In this document: positions 11,113-22,943 of the stretch, in pieces | Numbering within the stretch: the first letter of the stretch is position 1 | Layout: the number at the start of each line of letters is the position of its first letter | Source of the DNA: Callorhinchus milii | Taxonomy: Eukaryota | Reading direction: 5' to 3' | Assembly: GCF_018977255.1 (NCBI RefSeq) | Contig: NW_024704742.1 | Span: forward strand, 69,566,001 to 69,630,000 | Length of the DNA stretch: 64,000 nucleotides | Notes under the pieces: model-generated | Told to the model about the DNA's origin: nothing | What the model saw: the letters and a program-made list of their open reading frames with translations, nothing else | Databases searched by the model: none | Translations under genes and position numbers: made by a program

Positions 11113-11604
11113 TGCTATGGGATCTCAAACTTAATCTAATGCGTTGTTGGGGAGCCAGCAGAGTTGAGCGATGATAGAGTTCATAGGCTTGGAGAGCCTG
11201 ATGTGGGAGAGGACACGGGCTGCAGAGTTCGGGAACGTGTGCAGCAAAGAGCTGGGGAATCCAGCAAGGAGGAGATGGCAAAGTCATCTGGATGTGATGA
11301 AGGCACAAAGTGAGAAGCACAGGCCTTTTGTTTAAGCTTTGTTGGCAGTAAGTAGCGAGGTTATGAGAGGCAATGATCCTGTCACTCAGCCTCCAGCACC
11401 AGAGACCAGCCACTGCGCTCATTATCAAACCATTGCTAAATTGAAACGTGTGCTAATTGCTTTACTTCAATTTGTGAAGCAGACAGTGAGAAAGATAGAA
11501 GGTGCATTGACTTCAGTGCCTGACAGTCCACTAGAACTCTAGTTCTCTGATGATCGTTATATGGTTTATTGATTCCCAATGAGCTCAGTCCGTCAACTTA
11601 TGTA

Positions 11605-11890
11605 AGCACACTGGGGCACCTAATTTGGTCAGCCATGTGTCTGACACATGTGGAAACCCATCACTGTGCTTAAAGAGTATCCAAACCAGCTGACCAAACA
11701 AGTTAAGACTGAGAATACCACATATGTTACATCACCTACACACTGAAATCTCCCCGTGTCTGGAATGGAATATATACTCCCTGGAGGGACGCACCCTACT
11801 TGCTTAATTCTAGACCGTACTCGGCAGAGCTTCATAAGAGCCAAGCCAAGGGGAAACTCCATTCACATACTGCTAGAGTTTAACCAGCTG
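11605..11890 (-). repeat. Unclassified family C (3' part)
   Basis: Reverse complement of CTCCAGGGAG...TTCCATTCCAGACACGGGG...TGGTTTGGATACTCTTTAAGCACAGTGATGGGTTTCCACATGTGTCAGACAC. Confidence 0.8.
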
Positions 11891-12179
11891 TTGTTCTGTC
11901 CTTCAGATGAAATGTTAAACTGAGCTCCCATCTTTGCTTGTACATGTGGACATTAAAGATCCCGTGGCGCTACTCGAAAAGGGACGGTAGTTTATCTCTC
12001 CTGGTGTCCTGGCTGACAATCTCCCAGAATCAATTGATGGTTTTACCAGATGGCTGTTTGTGGGACATTCATAAATTCGCAAATAATGGTATAATAATGG
12101 CAAATAATGGTATCTGAAGATGGTCGTTAGCACAATGTGAGTGAATTTGTTTATAGTGTAGAAGCTGCTGCTCACACAG

Positions 12180-12520
12180 CAACAACACTCAACAACAAAA
12201 ACTTGCAATTATAGAGCACCCTTCATGCAGGGCAGAGTCTCGGAGCACTAAACAGTGGAGGAGCCTGATGCTGAGCTGGCAGGAGGGAGGAAGTGACTGT
12301 AAGCACAGTTGAAGAAGAAGGTCTTCAGTCTTCATCTAAAACGGGAGGGAGAGGGCAAGGTGGAGGGATTGGGGAAGAGAGTTCTAAAGCTTCGGGGTGC
12401 AGTGGCTGAAAGAACAGCTGCTGACAATGGAAAAGGGGACAAGGGACAAGCAGGAGGCCAGAGCCAGATGAGCAGAGACAGTGGGTAGTGGAGTGTGGAG
12501 AAAGCAGGTCTGAAAGTTAG
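12180..12520 (-). mobile_element. L2 LINE 3' fragment (second 3' UTR subfamily)
   Basis: LKTFFFNCA-type end. Tail GTGCTCCGAGACTCTGCCCTGCATGAAGGGTGCTCTATAATTGCAAG followed by (TTG)n. Confidence 0.75.
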
Positions 12521-13164
12521 CAAAGGTAACTCTTAAGCAGCAAGCAGTGTAACCTTATGTCAAGGATCAAATAATGATTGATCCAAGACCAGACTACTTG
12601 CTAACCACGCTGGCAGAAACCATTACCCCAAGCGATCCACCAATCGACTGACAACCGGGTTCCAAGTTGCTGCTAGGTAAACAGAGACATATGGAGTAAG
12701 GAAATTTGTTTAAGGATTCACCCTGCCCGGGAATCAAACTCAGATCCTCTCGCTTGCGAGGTGAGAGCACTAACCACTATGCTACAGGACTACAAAATCT
12801 GTCTCGATGTTATAAACCATATGAAATATAAGGATTATAAATTTCTGTCTGATTATTGGGTAGCTCACACCTGTTAAATTGAGAAACTACAACCAGCTGA
12901 AATTGAGCAATTAAATCCTGCAAAGCAATTAATTAGCCTTTAATTGGCACACACTGAGCAGAACATCCGGCCAGTGACTAGCTAAATACACCAAACGCTG
13001 TGTGATGTGTGCCACCCTCACTGACTTCATCAAACTGTTTGAGCCCACTGCCAGTTTGGATTACAGAGCTTCTGACAAGGGTTCTTGTGTGTGGTTAAGG
13101 CAGGATCTGCTAACTAGTTGTTTTTGGTAGTTAAGAGGTAAATAAATCAAATATATAAATAAAT

Positions 13165-13560
13165 CCATGCATCAGGAAGAAGTCCCAAAGTGCTTCACAG
13201 GATTTATGAAAGTGGAGTGACTGTGTATGTGTAGGTGAATGCAGCAGCCCAATTGTACACAATCAATAACCCACAAACTGTTGTGAAACAAATGATGCAT
13301 TTTATTTGGGGGATTGTCAGCCCAGACACCGGGAGAGAAAAAACCCTTCTCTTTTTGAATAGTGCAGTGGGATCCTTTAATGTTCATTTGAACAGGTGCA
13401 GACGGGACCTCAGTTAAACGTCTCATCCGAAGGGCGATACCTCTGACTATGAAACAAACTCCCAGCACTGTGTTGGAGTGCCAGCTTCGACTATGTGAAG
13501 GCCTGAACCCACAACTTTTTGACTCAGAAGCAAGAGTGCTATCACTGAGCCAGGCTGACA
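13165..13560 (-). mobile_element. Deu-domain SINE family B
   Basis: Head TGTCAGCCTGGCTCAGTGATAGCACTCTTGCTTCTGAGTCA, Deu domain, L2-like tail. Confidence 0.85.
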
Positions 13561-13644
13561 CCTGTCCAATACCAGTAGTCTAATTCCAATAGTTAAGGTG
13601 TTTCCAATAATACACAGTATTATTGTGACAGCAACAAACATTTA

Positions 13645-13950
13645 AAAGCCCTAATGGGTGGTTCTAGCTGAACAAGCAGCAGTTAGCCTGCCAGACCCAA
13701 TGCACACTCTGGGGTCCCCAAACCTTGGCTCTTGCTAACATGCGCCTATTGCTTTCTGGAATTAGAGAAGCAGGGTACATTCCTCCAGGGAGAGAGTATG
13801 TATTCCATTCCAGACAGGGGGAACTTCCCATGTGTAGGTGGTGTATATTTAAGAAATTCTCAGTCTGGCTTGGATACTGTTAAGCACAGCAATGGGTTTC
13901 TGCGTATGCCAGACACCTGGCTGACCCCGAAAAAGAGTCTTGAATTCCCA
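13645..13950 (+). repeat. Unclassified family C (3' part)
   Basis: AAAGCCCTAATGGG...CACACTCTGGGGTCCCCAAA...GGATACTGTTAAGCACAGCAATGGGTTTCTGCGTATGCCAGACAC. Confidence 0.8.
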
Positions 13951-14029
13951 GCCGGACGTTCCATAATAGAGACCTGTTTTCCCTTTATAGCATTGGGCTG
14001 CTTCTTAGGTGAGTCCCAGCCTAAACCTG

Positions 14030-14330
14030 GCCTAAACCACCCTTCCTGGTACCCCTGTATCCACACTAAAGCCCACTGGCTTCTTATCACCCTGGAGGTG
14101 TGACTGCCTCCGCTCGGCTGACTCCACTCCAACATCGGCAGCCACACTTTCAGCTGCTTCGCCCTGAAGCTTTGGAATTCTCTCTCCAATCCCTCCACCT
14201 TGCTCCCCTTTTACATCACAACTGAAGACCTTCCTCTTTGACCGTGCTTACGGTCACCTTCTCCCTCCCCCTGGCTTGGTGTCAGGCTTCACCGCTGTTC
14301 CAGTCAAATTGTACAAATAAATGCTTTGTT
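14030..14330 (+). mobile_element. L2 LINE 3' fragment
   Basis: LWNSL / LKTFLFDRAY remnants and L2 3' UTR. Confidence 0.7.
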
Positions 14331-14344
14331 GTGTCTGCCCTCAA

Positions 14345-14545
14345 ATTGCTCTGAATCACCTGCAGCCTTGGTGTCTGAAAATATGGTTCTGAGTTTATTT
14401 TCTCAATGTCACTGGTAACTTTTACATCTCTGCAAGATCCCCTCTGAGACGTCTCCTTTCAAGGCTGAAGAGCTCCAGCTTATTGTGTCATTCCTCCCAG
14501 CTCATCCTTCTAACACTGGGATCAGCCTTGCTGCTCTCAAACACA
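14345..14545 (-). mobile_element. Old CR1 RT C-terminal fragment
   Basis: Minus strand reads RLIPVL...SWEE...LELFSLERRRLRGDLAEM. Confidence 0.7.
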
Positions 14546-15592
14546 CTCCTGCGCCAATAATAATCTTGAATGGCTTGTTTCCTGTCTTGTAATGTTCTAT
14601 TAACAGTAAGTGGCGATTGCTGGTCCTTTGCTGCTAAGAATTCATCTCACCACCTCTCACACTGTAGAAACAATTTCAGCAGCCGCCCGCTTTGAGCTGC
14701 CTATAAAGCCTCTATCCTGCTGTGTGTTCAGTAAACTAATTGGTTTTAATGAAGCAATTATTTACATTTATTAACTTTGGGAGCTCGATCCCGTTAACCC
14801 CTGTTAACCCCAAACCAGCCTTTCCGCTGTGTCCTGACACCTCCTCCTCATTAACTCCCACTGTCTCTGAATCGTCTCCTCACTGACCCCCTTGTCTTTG
14901 ACCTCATCCCGTCCTCACTGACCCCCTCCTCTATGACGGCATGGTTGAGTGGACTCGAGGCCTGTGCTCTCAAAAACAACAAAAACAAATTACTTTCCCC
15001 TTTCACATCGGGAGGATATCCCAAGGCACTGGGCAGTCAAGTGTTTACACCTGAGCTGTGGGCTGCAGTTCAAGAAAGCTGGAGGACAACAACAACTTGC
15101 ATTTATATAGTGCTTCCTGCGCAGCGTCTCAGCAGGTGGTGGTGAAGGAGGCAACTGCTCTTATCTCTAAACTTCACTTACAAAATTCACAGTCACAGTA
15201 AAATCCTGTGAGGCGCTTTGATATGTCCTCCCCAAGTGTGTCAAATGAAGGATTAGTTATCGAATCCCTGTGAAGCTGCTGCTATGCTGTAAGTCGCGTG
15301 TGTGTGAAAAAAATGCAAAAATAGACAAGTGAAACGTTTCCACTCCACTGCTTCTGAATTGTTGTCTCACCAAAATAACCCACCGCGCAGAGTGAGATAA
15401 ATATAGAGAGAGAGGCAAGTAGGAAGGGGACAGAAAACAGCTTTTAACTGCCTCCATTTGTTTCCTGTTTGATTTTTGAAAGCACTTTATGACAGACGTC
15501 CTCCCAATACAAAAGGTGGAATACATTATACACTACATTGGTTAGAACAACAACGACAACAAAATTACATTTGTATAGTGCCTTTGCAGTCG

Positions 15593-15937
15593 GGAGCACT
15601 AACTTCGCAAGTGAGAGGACACGGGTTCAATTCCCAGGCAGGTCGAAACCTTAGGCAAGTTTCCTTACTCCACTCGCTTCTGTTTACCTAGCAGTAAGTA
15701 AGAACCCAGTTGTCAGCTGATTGATGGATTGCTTTCCAGGTTTAATATCTTCAAAAAAAGAATAACTTGGTCACTCAATCCACAACAGTTAGTAGGACAC
15801 TGCTGTGCGCAGTTGGCTGCTGCATTTCACTCACAAAATATGCAGTCCATTCACTTTACAGTATATTCTGTAATGCACTTTCAGACATTCAACGGCATGA
15901 TAAGGCGCTATATTAACTGCAAGGATTATTATTATTA
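15593..15937 (+). mobile_element. SINE family A
   Basis: B box GGTTCAATTCC, CORE-like block, Deu 3' body, (ATT)n. Confidence 0.85.
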
Positions 15938-17449
15938 TAAAAATGTAAATTGTATTATATTGGCATATTGGGATTTTTCACCCACAAAATATACACTCAA
16001 TTCACTTTACAGTATGTTCTGTGAAGCGCTTTGAGACGTCTAAAAGACGTAATAAGGCGCTATATCAAATGCAAGGATTATTAGTATTATTATATTTTGA
16101 GGTTATTTAATTGCTGCCAGTAGTTTTCATTAAACATTTTCAGTGGCTACGATGGGGGAAATTGAGAACGTTTTTGAATATTTATCCTTGAGTTTGATAC
16201 CGTTGAAACATCTCAAAGCATTTCACAGGATTTTACTATGTGTTTTACAGTAAAATCTTGTTAGTTTTGTGAGTGAACATGGCAGTGAATTTGCGCACAG
16301 TGATATCTCACAAACAGTCATGAAGTGAGTGATAGATTTTATCTGGGGGATTGTTAGCCAGGGCACATTTGTTTCGCCCATAAATATACAATCAATTCAC
16401 TTTACAGTATATTCTGTGAAGCGCTTTGAGACGTCTAAAAGATATGAAAAGCGCTATATCAAATGCAAGGATAAAAAAAGGACATCGGGAGGGGCTTTAG
16501 TGTTTTTGTATGCTGTAATGCACCGTCCCCAGGTGCCTTTTATACTCGTAATGTTTAATTTGGGGTCTCAATAAAGTTCCTTGAGGAATTAGCGCTTTGG
16601 GACGTCCTCCCGACGTAAAAGGCGTTCCATAAATGTAATTTTGTTGTTGTTGTTGTTGTAGCAGTTGCTGTGTAGCTGTTTGCGGGCCTTTGCTGGCGTG
16701 TGTAAGCTACCATAACTGACCACAAAACCCTGACTGCCATGTTTGCCCACGAAATATACAGTCAATTCACTTCACAATATATTCTGTGAAGTGCTCTGAG
16801 ATGTCTCGATGATGTAATATCAAATGCAAGGATTATTATTATTATTTCAAGTGAAGTGCGCTGGATAAACACACGTTCCCTGCTGCCAGTGTGTGCCTAA
16901 CAATGTGGGCTATTGGATGCTATTTTTGTCGGTTCAGTAATATCCTCGGGGAATATGTAGTCAGTTTTAAAAGGCTATTTCTGGACATGCCTCTGGAGCT
17001 TTTGCTAACTGAAAGGCTGCATTAGCATTGCTTGTTCAGTTAATACAGTTCACAGCTTCCTTGGCTTCCCAGCCATTGACTTTACACCCGTCTCTTCTCT
17101 CCAAAGAGATGGGGAAATTGTCTTACTCTCTTTGTTGGTGACAGGTAGATAGAAGTCACAGAAGCAAAGGAGAGGGGAAGAGGTGTGGGGGAAGAAGTCA
17201 AGGAATAAAATGTTGACATGCTGCAATTTCAGAATACAAAAGATCTAAACTTTAGTGAATGATTCCTTTAATTTTTTTCTTTGTCTTTCTCTCCCTATGC
17301 AAGAATTTAAAGTATCAAAATATCTCAGAGCGCTTTACAGTGATCACTGACATTGCAGGGAAACACAGCAGCTAATTTATTATTAATTTGTTAATAAAAT
17401 TAATTACTAATTATTTAATTAATTCTGAAACACTATTAATATATTAACA

Positions 17450-17790
17450 ATAATTTGGTACAGTGCTTTTTCATGCCAGGAGGATGTCTTAAAGCACTTC
17501 ACAGATTTTAAATGCAGAGACTGTGTATTTTGCACACAGCAATGTGCCACAAAGAGCTATGAAGCGAAAGGCCAATTTTAACAAGGGATTGTTGGCAAGG
17601 ACACAAGGAGGAACTCACTTCGCTTTTTTCATGGTATCTTTATTCGCTGACTGGATCTCAGTTCAGAATTTTATCTGAAAGACAGCACCTCCAGCCCAGA
17701 GCTCCATCCATATTGCACTCGGAGTCTCTGATGTGAGGCTTGAACACACAAACTTCTGACCTAGATGGCAGTGTGCAACTAACTGAGTAA
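17450..17790 (-). mobile_element. Deu-domain SINE family B, degraded
   Basis: Degenerate head, Deu and tail motifs. Confidence 0.65.
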
Positions 17791-18028
17791 AGCTGGTTAA
17801 TATTGGCAAGGGGTAGGGATGGGATGGGGGAGAGTAGGAGGGAAGGTAAGCTAAACAATGTGTAATAAAGAGAACAATACTCACTGCGGTTGTTAAGTGG
17901 TGATTTATTTGAACGCTACATATATTTTCAGCGTTGAGCTTGCTGTACTGTATTTGCCAGTCATGGCGGGGCTCCACTCTGTTAAAGGGAAAATTGACAG
18001 CTCATATAGACTTGTACTTACAGATATA

Positions 18029-18623
18029 ATAATAATAAGAATTCCTTGCATTTGATACAGCTCCTTATCACTTCTTTGAGACGTTTCAAAGTGCTTCACA
18101 GATTGTACTGTAATGTGGAGTGACTGTGTATTTTGTGGGTAAACCGCAGCAGTCAATTTTGATTCCCACAAACAGTCGTGAATTTAGTGACCAAATTAAT
18201 TTTTTTAGGCTTTTTTCCGGGTGAGGTGGGGGATTATTATCCCTGAAAAGCGATCTGCCAATCGACTAACAACTGGGTGCCTACTACTAATAATAATAAT
18301 AATCCTTGCATTTGATATAGCACTTTTCACGTCGGGAGGACGTCCCAAAGCGCTTCACAGAACACACTGTAAAGTGAATTGACTGTATATTTGTGGGCGA
18401 ACGCGGCAGCCAATTGCGCACAGCAATGTCCCACAAACAGTCATATGGATTGAAAATGACCAATTTATTATTGTTTTGTTTTTTTGGAGGGATTATTAAT
18501 GGTTAGGTAAACAGAGGCGAGTGGAGTAAGGAACTTTGCCTAAAGTTTTGTTCCACCCTGGAATCGAACCCAGGTCTCCTTGTTTGCGAGGCGAGCACGC
18601 TAACCACTATGCTACAGGACTCC
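18029..18623 (-). mobile_element. SINE family A with a nested 5'-truncated young A' copy (~18288-18500)
   Basis: Host CCTAC(T)TACT|GCTAGGTAAACAGAGG is interrupted by (TAA)n tail plus A' body. Confidence 0.85.
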
Positions 18624-18859
18624 ATAATGGAGAAGGACAAAAGGAGTCGGCTATAGGACCGTAACACATCTAAGCATTCAGATAATCTCATAAACTGTAA
18701 AGGAGGATTATAAAATCCATGTGAACTCCAAGACATGCTTGCTGTTTGATCTGTTCATTGTGAGAACTTGTTCTAATAAACTTGTGTTTACAACAACAAC
18801 ACAGCTCCATTTACACAGAACAGCATCTCAGAGCCCTGCACGGTGCTGGGGTCTGCCGC

Positions 18860-19100
18860 CGAGCAAGGATGAAGGGGGTGGGGGTGGCGAACACAGGCAC
18901 GGTCAAATCGGTGGGATTTAAAAATAGATAAAGAGGGGGGTAAGGCGAAGGATAAATAACGACTGGAACAGGTTGCGAGGAAAGGTGATTAAGGCCAGGA
19001 CACTGGGACTCGTTTAAAAAGCAACTTGATGTTGTGATTGGTGGGGAGGGGGTAGATGGTAGGGTAGATGTGCTGAAGGAATAGATCAGATGGGCCAAAG
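18860..19100 (+). mobile_element. Old CR1 3' fragment
   Basis: WNRL..KVI.A...SFKKQLD remnant followed by GATGGGCCAAA. Confidence 0.6.
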
Positions 19101-19189
19101 GTTTGAGCCCTCACTTGGAGGATGGCAGGTACCAGGAACTCCCTATCAGCACTGGAGGAATGGCTCCCCAAAAAAGCTTGGGATTGTAT

Positions 19190-19561
19190 TAATAATAATA
19201 ATAATCCTTGCATTTGATATAGTGCCTTATCACATCTTCAAAACTTCTCAAAGCGCTTCATAGAATATAGTGTAAAGTAAATTGACCATATATTTTTGGG
19301 GTGAAACGTGGCAACAGTGTCCCACAAACAGTCATTGATTGAGTAAGCAATTTATTATTTTATTTTTTGAAGGGATTATTACGGCACTGTGTCCTGAAAA
19401 GCGATCCGCCTATCGACTAGCAACCAGGTTCCTACTTACTGCTAAGGTTAATAGAGGTGTGTAGAGTAAGAAAACTTGCCCAATGCTTCATCCTGCCAGG
19501 AATCGATCCCAGGTCTCTCGCTTGCGAGGTGAGTGCTCTAACCACTGAGCTACAGGACTCC
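19190..19561 (-). mobile_element. SINE family A
   Basis: Complete from head (GGAGTCCTGTAGCTCAGTGG) to (ATT)n tail. Confidence 0.88.
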
Positions 19562-19707
19562 ACATAACATATTGTAAAACAGGGGCACATATTCGTGGGG
19601 GGCGCTTGGCAGCCAGTCACAGGTTTGCTCGGGAAATTTCCCAAATGCCAGCTAGCCAGTCCACCACTGCCTGTCAGTTGCCTTTTGATCAATTGATCCA
19701 GCCTTGA

Positions 19708-20030
19708 TAATAACAATCTTTATATTTGATACAGCGCCTTGCATGTCAGCAGGATGTCTCAAAGCATGTCACAGGATTTACTGTAAAGTGCAATGAATGT
19801 GTATTTTGTGGACGAACGTGACAGCCAATTTGCACACAGCAATGTCCCATAAACAGCCACGGAATGAATGATCAACTTTATCTGTGGATTGTCGACCAGA
19901 ACATTGGGAGAGACAAACTTCCTCCTGTTTTGAAATAGTGTCACAGGATCTTTACCACCTGAACAGGCACCGATGGGGAGCTCGGTTTAACATCTTATCC
20001 GAAGGGCAGCGCCTCCGACAATGCAGGGCG
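19708..20030 (-). mobile_element. Deu-domain SINE family B
   Basis: Deu domain and L2-like tail. Confidence 0.8.
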
Positions 20031-20746
20031 CCCCCCAAGAATAATCAAGGGAATCGATGCGGTGGGTATGGAGCAGGCAGTGCAACAGTTAATGCTTCAT
20101 TGCTACATAAAGACAGGAAGAGATAAATACCTGGGAGTGATTACAAGAATGTAATTTAATCCGGGATGGGGTGGGGGATTTAAATGTCAATAGAAACCAC
20201 AGGAGGATAGTTTTAAGTGGTTCAATTGGCTGTACTGAAGTCAGGGATTAGATTACCAGAGAGATACCCCCTCTAGGGCATTGGTTATTGTTTTATAATA
20301 TAGTGTTGGATTTCATGGGGTGTTTTTATTCAGCTGAGCATCTGTTTTTGTGTGCTCACTGTCCCTGTCAATGTAAATAGCGACTGCCTGTGTGTTCTGC
20401 CTCTTTTCACTGACCGGCAATGAGGGACCAACCACTGTGATATTATTTACCCCGACGCTCCAGGACTATTAAGTGAGGTTCTGAGCACTTCGTTACAGCT
20501 GTATAATACAATGCAATTGACATTGATACAATGCCTTTCACATCGGGAGGACATCTCAAAGTGCTTTGAAAAAGTGATCTGCATTGATCCTAGCTAGGGG
20601 TAGTTGGGGGGGGTGGAGAAAAATGGCGAAAAGTATGTTAAAAAGGCATGTCTTGAAGGTGGGAAGGGAAAGAAGGGGGTAGGGTGAGTGGGGCGAGCTA
20701 GAGAGATGGAGTTCCAGAGAGGGGTGCAGATTGGCGGGATGGCTTA

Positions 20747-21140
20747 GTGTCAGTCTATTGCAGTGATAGCGCTCTCGCCTCTCGCCTCTGAGTTAGAAGG
20801 TTATGGGTTCAAGCCCCAGATCGATGCCTCAATTGACTTAATCTCAACTGATACTACTGGGGTGTTGACCAATGCTGGGGGCAGCACTACATTGGTGGAG
20901 GTATTGTCCTTTGGATGAAACGTTAAACCGAGGTCCGGTCTGTGCCTGTTCAGATGGACATCAAAGATCCCACAGCTCGATTCAAAACAAGAAATGATTT
21001 TCTGTCTCCCAGTATCTTGGCCAACAATCCCCCAAATAAAATTGCTCACTCAGTACATGGGACACTGCTGTGTGCTCAAGTGCCCAGCCAGCTGTGGAAA
21101 GCACTGCAAGAAGTCCTCCTGATGTGATAGATGCTTTTAA
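20747..21140 (+). mobile_element. Deu-domain SINE family B
   Basis: CTCTCGCCTCTGAGTTAGAAGGTTATGGGTTCAAGCCCC head; GGATGAAACGTTAAACCGAGG Deu domain. Confidence 0.82.
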
Positions 21141-21461
21141 ATATACAGTATATATTATAGCATAGGTTCACGAGATGATATCAGAGATGAACAGTAAATT
21201 CACAGTGAATATATACCCAAATCACAGTGAATCTACAGCAAGATCACAGCGATTCCCCGCAGAAATATTAATCTACACTACAGCAGTGACTCTACTACAA
21301 AAATAAATCAGCGCCACAAGATTTATGTTAACGTTACATCCAGGGAGAGAGCTCTGAGCAGAGAACCTCATCTCACCCTTGGACCTCTCTCACCCTTCTG
21401 GTGGTCTCAAGCTGAACAAAGCATCAGGCAGTGTCCATGGGAAATCAGGAAAATAAATAAG

Positions 21462-21745
21462 AATTGCTAGACGAAAGAAGACCAAGGTCCATCAAGTTCA
21501 CCTACAACCAACATGGCAGTCGCTTGCACATATCATGTCCCAAACTATATAATGTATTCCAAGGTATCATTTCCTAAAAGAAATCTATCTAATTTGCTTT
21601 TGAAAGAAAAACCCTCGGCCTGGTTTTAATTCCTTGCCACAAACCATGCATAGGACCTGTGGAGACATCGCACATGCAGATCAAAGGGTCAATTTAGAAA
21701 AGAATCACATACCCTCTGGTATACATTTAAACTTGTTTTTTTTCA
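21462..21745 (-). mobile_element. Old CR1-type 3' end
   Basis: Minus strand VCGKELK...FKSKLDRFL then GAACTTGATGGACCTTGGTCTTCTTTCGTCTAGCAATT. Confidence 0.6.
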
Positions 21746-22249
21746 TTTTTAAAATGGAAAACACTTTTAGTTAGTTATTGAAACAGCCCAAAGTTTGGGA
21801 ACTTTCTCCGCCTATCCCTTCGCCTTGACCCCTTTCCCTCTTTTAGATCACGACTGAAGACCTTCCTCTTCGACCGTCTTACGGTCAACTCCTCCCTCCC
21901 CCCAGCTCAGCGTCAGTCTCTGCCACTGTTAAGCGCTCCGAGACGCAGCCCCACATAAAGAGCACCGTATAATTGTAAGTTGTTGTTGAAAGCGTTATTC
22001 TATGGCAGATTTGAGGTACAGTGTGAGGGCAGGACAAGGGGTCAGGGAGACTTTATATAGAAATCAAAGTTAAATGAGCCACCATTGGGCTCCAGGCCTC
22101 AGTCTAGTACCTAGACACAAGAGCATTATTATCATCATTATTCTTATTATATTACATTTTTAAAATCATTATTATTATTTTAAAGGTGACTTTCCATTTG
22201 AATAATATGATAATAATCCTTGAATTTAATACAGCATCTGATAAAAATA

Positions 22250-22943
22250 ATAATCCTGCCATATCACGTCTCAAAGTACTTCAGAGAATGTACTGTAAAG
22301 TGAATTGACTGTATATTTTGTGGGTGAAATGTGACAGCCAATTGCACATAGCAGTGTCCCACAAACAGACATAGGTTGAGTGTCATCTTTTTTTCAAGGG
22401 ATTATTACCACTGGAAAGCGATCCCCCAATCGACTAACAGCTGAGTTCCTACTTACCACTTGGTAAACAGAGGTGTGAGGAGTAAGGAAATTCGCCTAAT
22501 AATAATAATAATCCTTGCATTTGATATAACGCCTTATCACGTTTTTGAGATGTCTCAAAGTGCTTCACAGAATTTACTGTAAAGTAAATTGACTGTATAT
22601 TTTGTGGGCAAAACGTGGCAGCCAATTGTGCACAGCAGTGTCCTACAAACAGACGTGGATTGAGTGACCAATTTATTATAATTTTTTTTGAAGGAATTAT
22701 TACCCCCGGACAAGCGATCTGCCAATCAACTAACAACTTGGTTCCTGCCTACTGCTGGGTAAACAGAGGTATGTGGAGTAAGGAAACTTGCCTAAGGTTT
22801 TGCCCTGGCGGGAATCAAACCTAGGTCTCTCGTCAGAGAGGTACGTGCTCTAACCACTGAGCTAAAGTTTCGCCTTGCTGGGGAATCAAACCCAGGTTAT
22901 CTTGCTTGCAAGGTGAGTGCTCTAACCAATATGCTACAGGACT
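22250..22943 (-). mobile_element. SINE family A with a second family A copy (~22498-22863) nested in the same orientation
   Basis: Host GGAAACTTGCCTAA|GGTTTCGCC is split, with CTAA on both sides. Confidence 0.85.

Noticed and set aside
19580..19670. Possible small MITE ending GCCAGTCCACCACTG
   Set aside because: The left end matches too poorly to call a TIR, and there is no TSD.
21165..21310. Short CACAGTGAAT-like repeats resembling an array
   Set aside because: Degenerate minisatellite-like sequence with no constant repeat and spacer. Not CRISPR; the context is eukaryotic.
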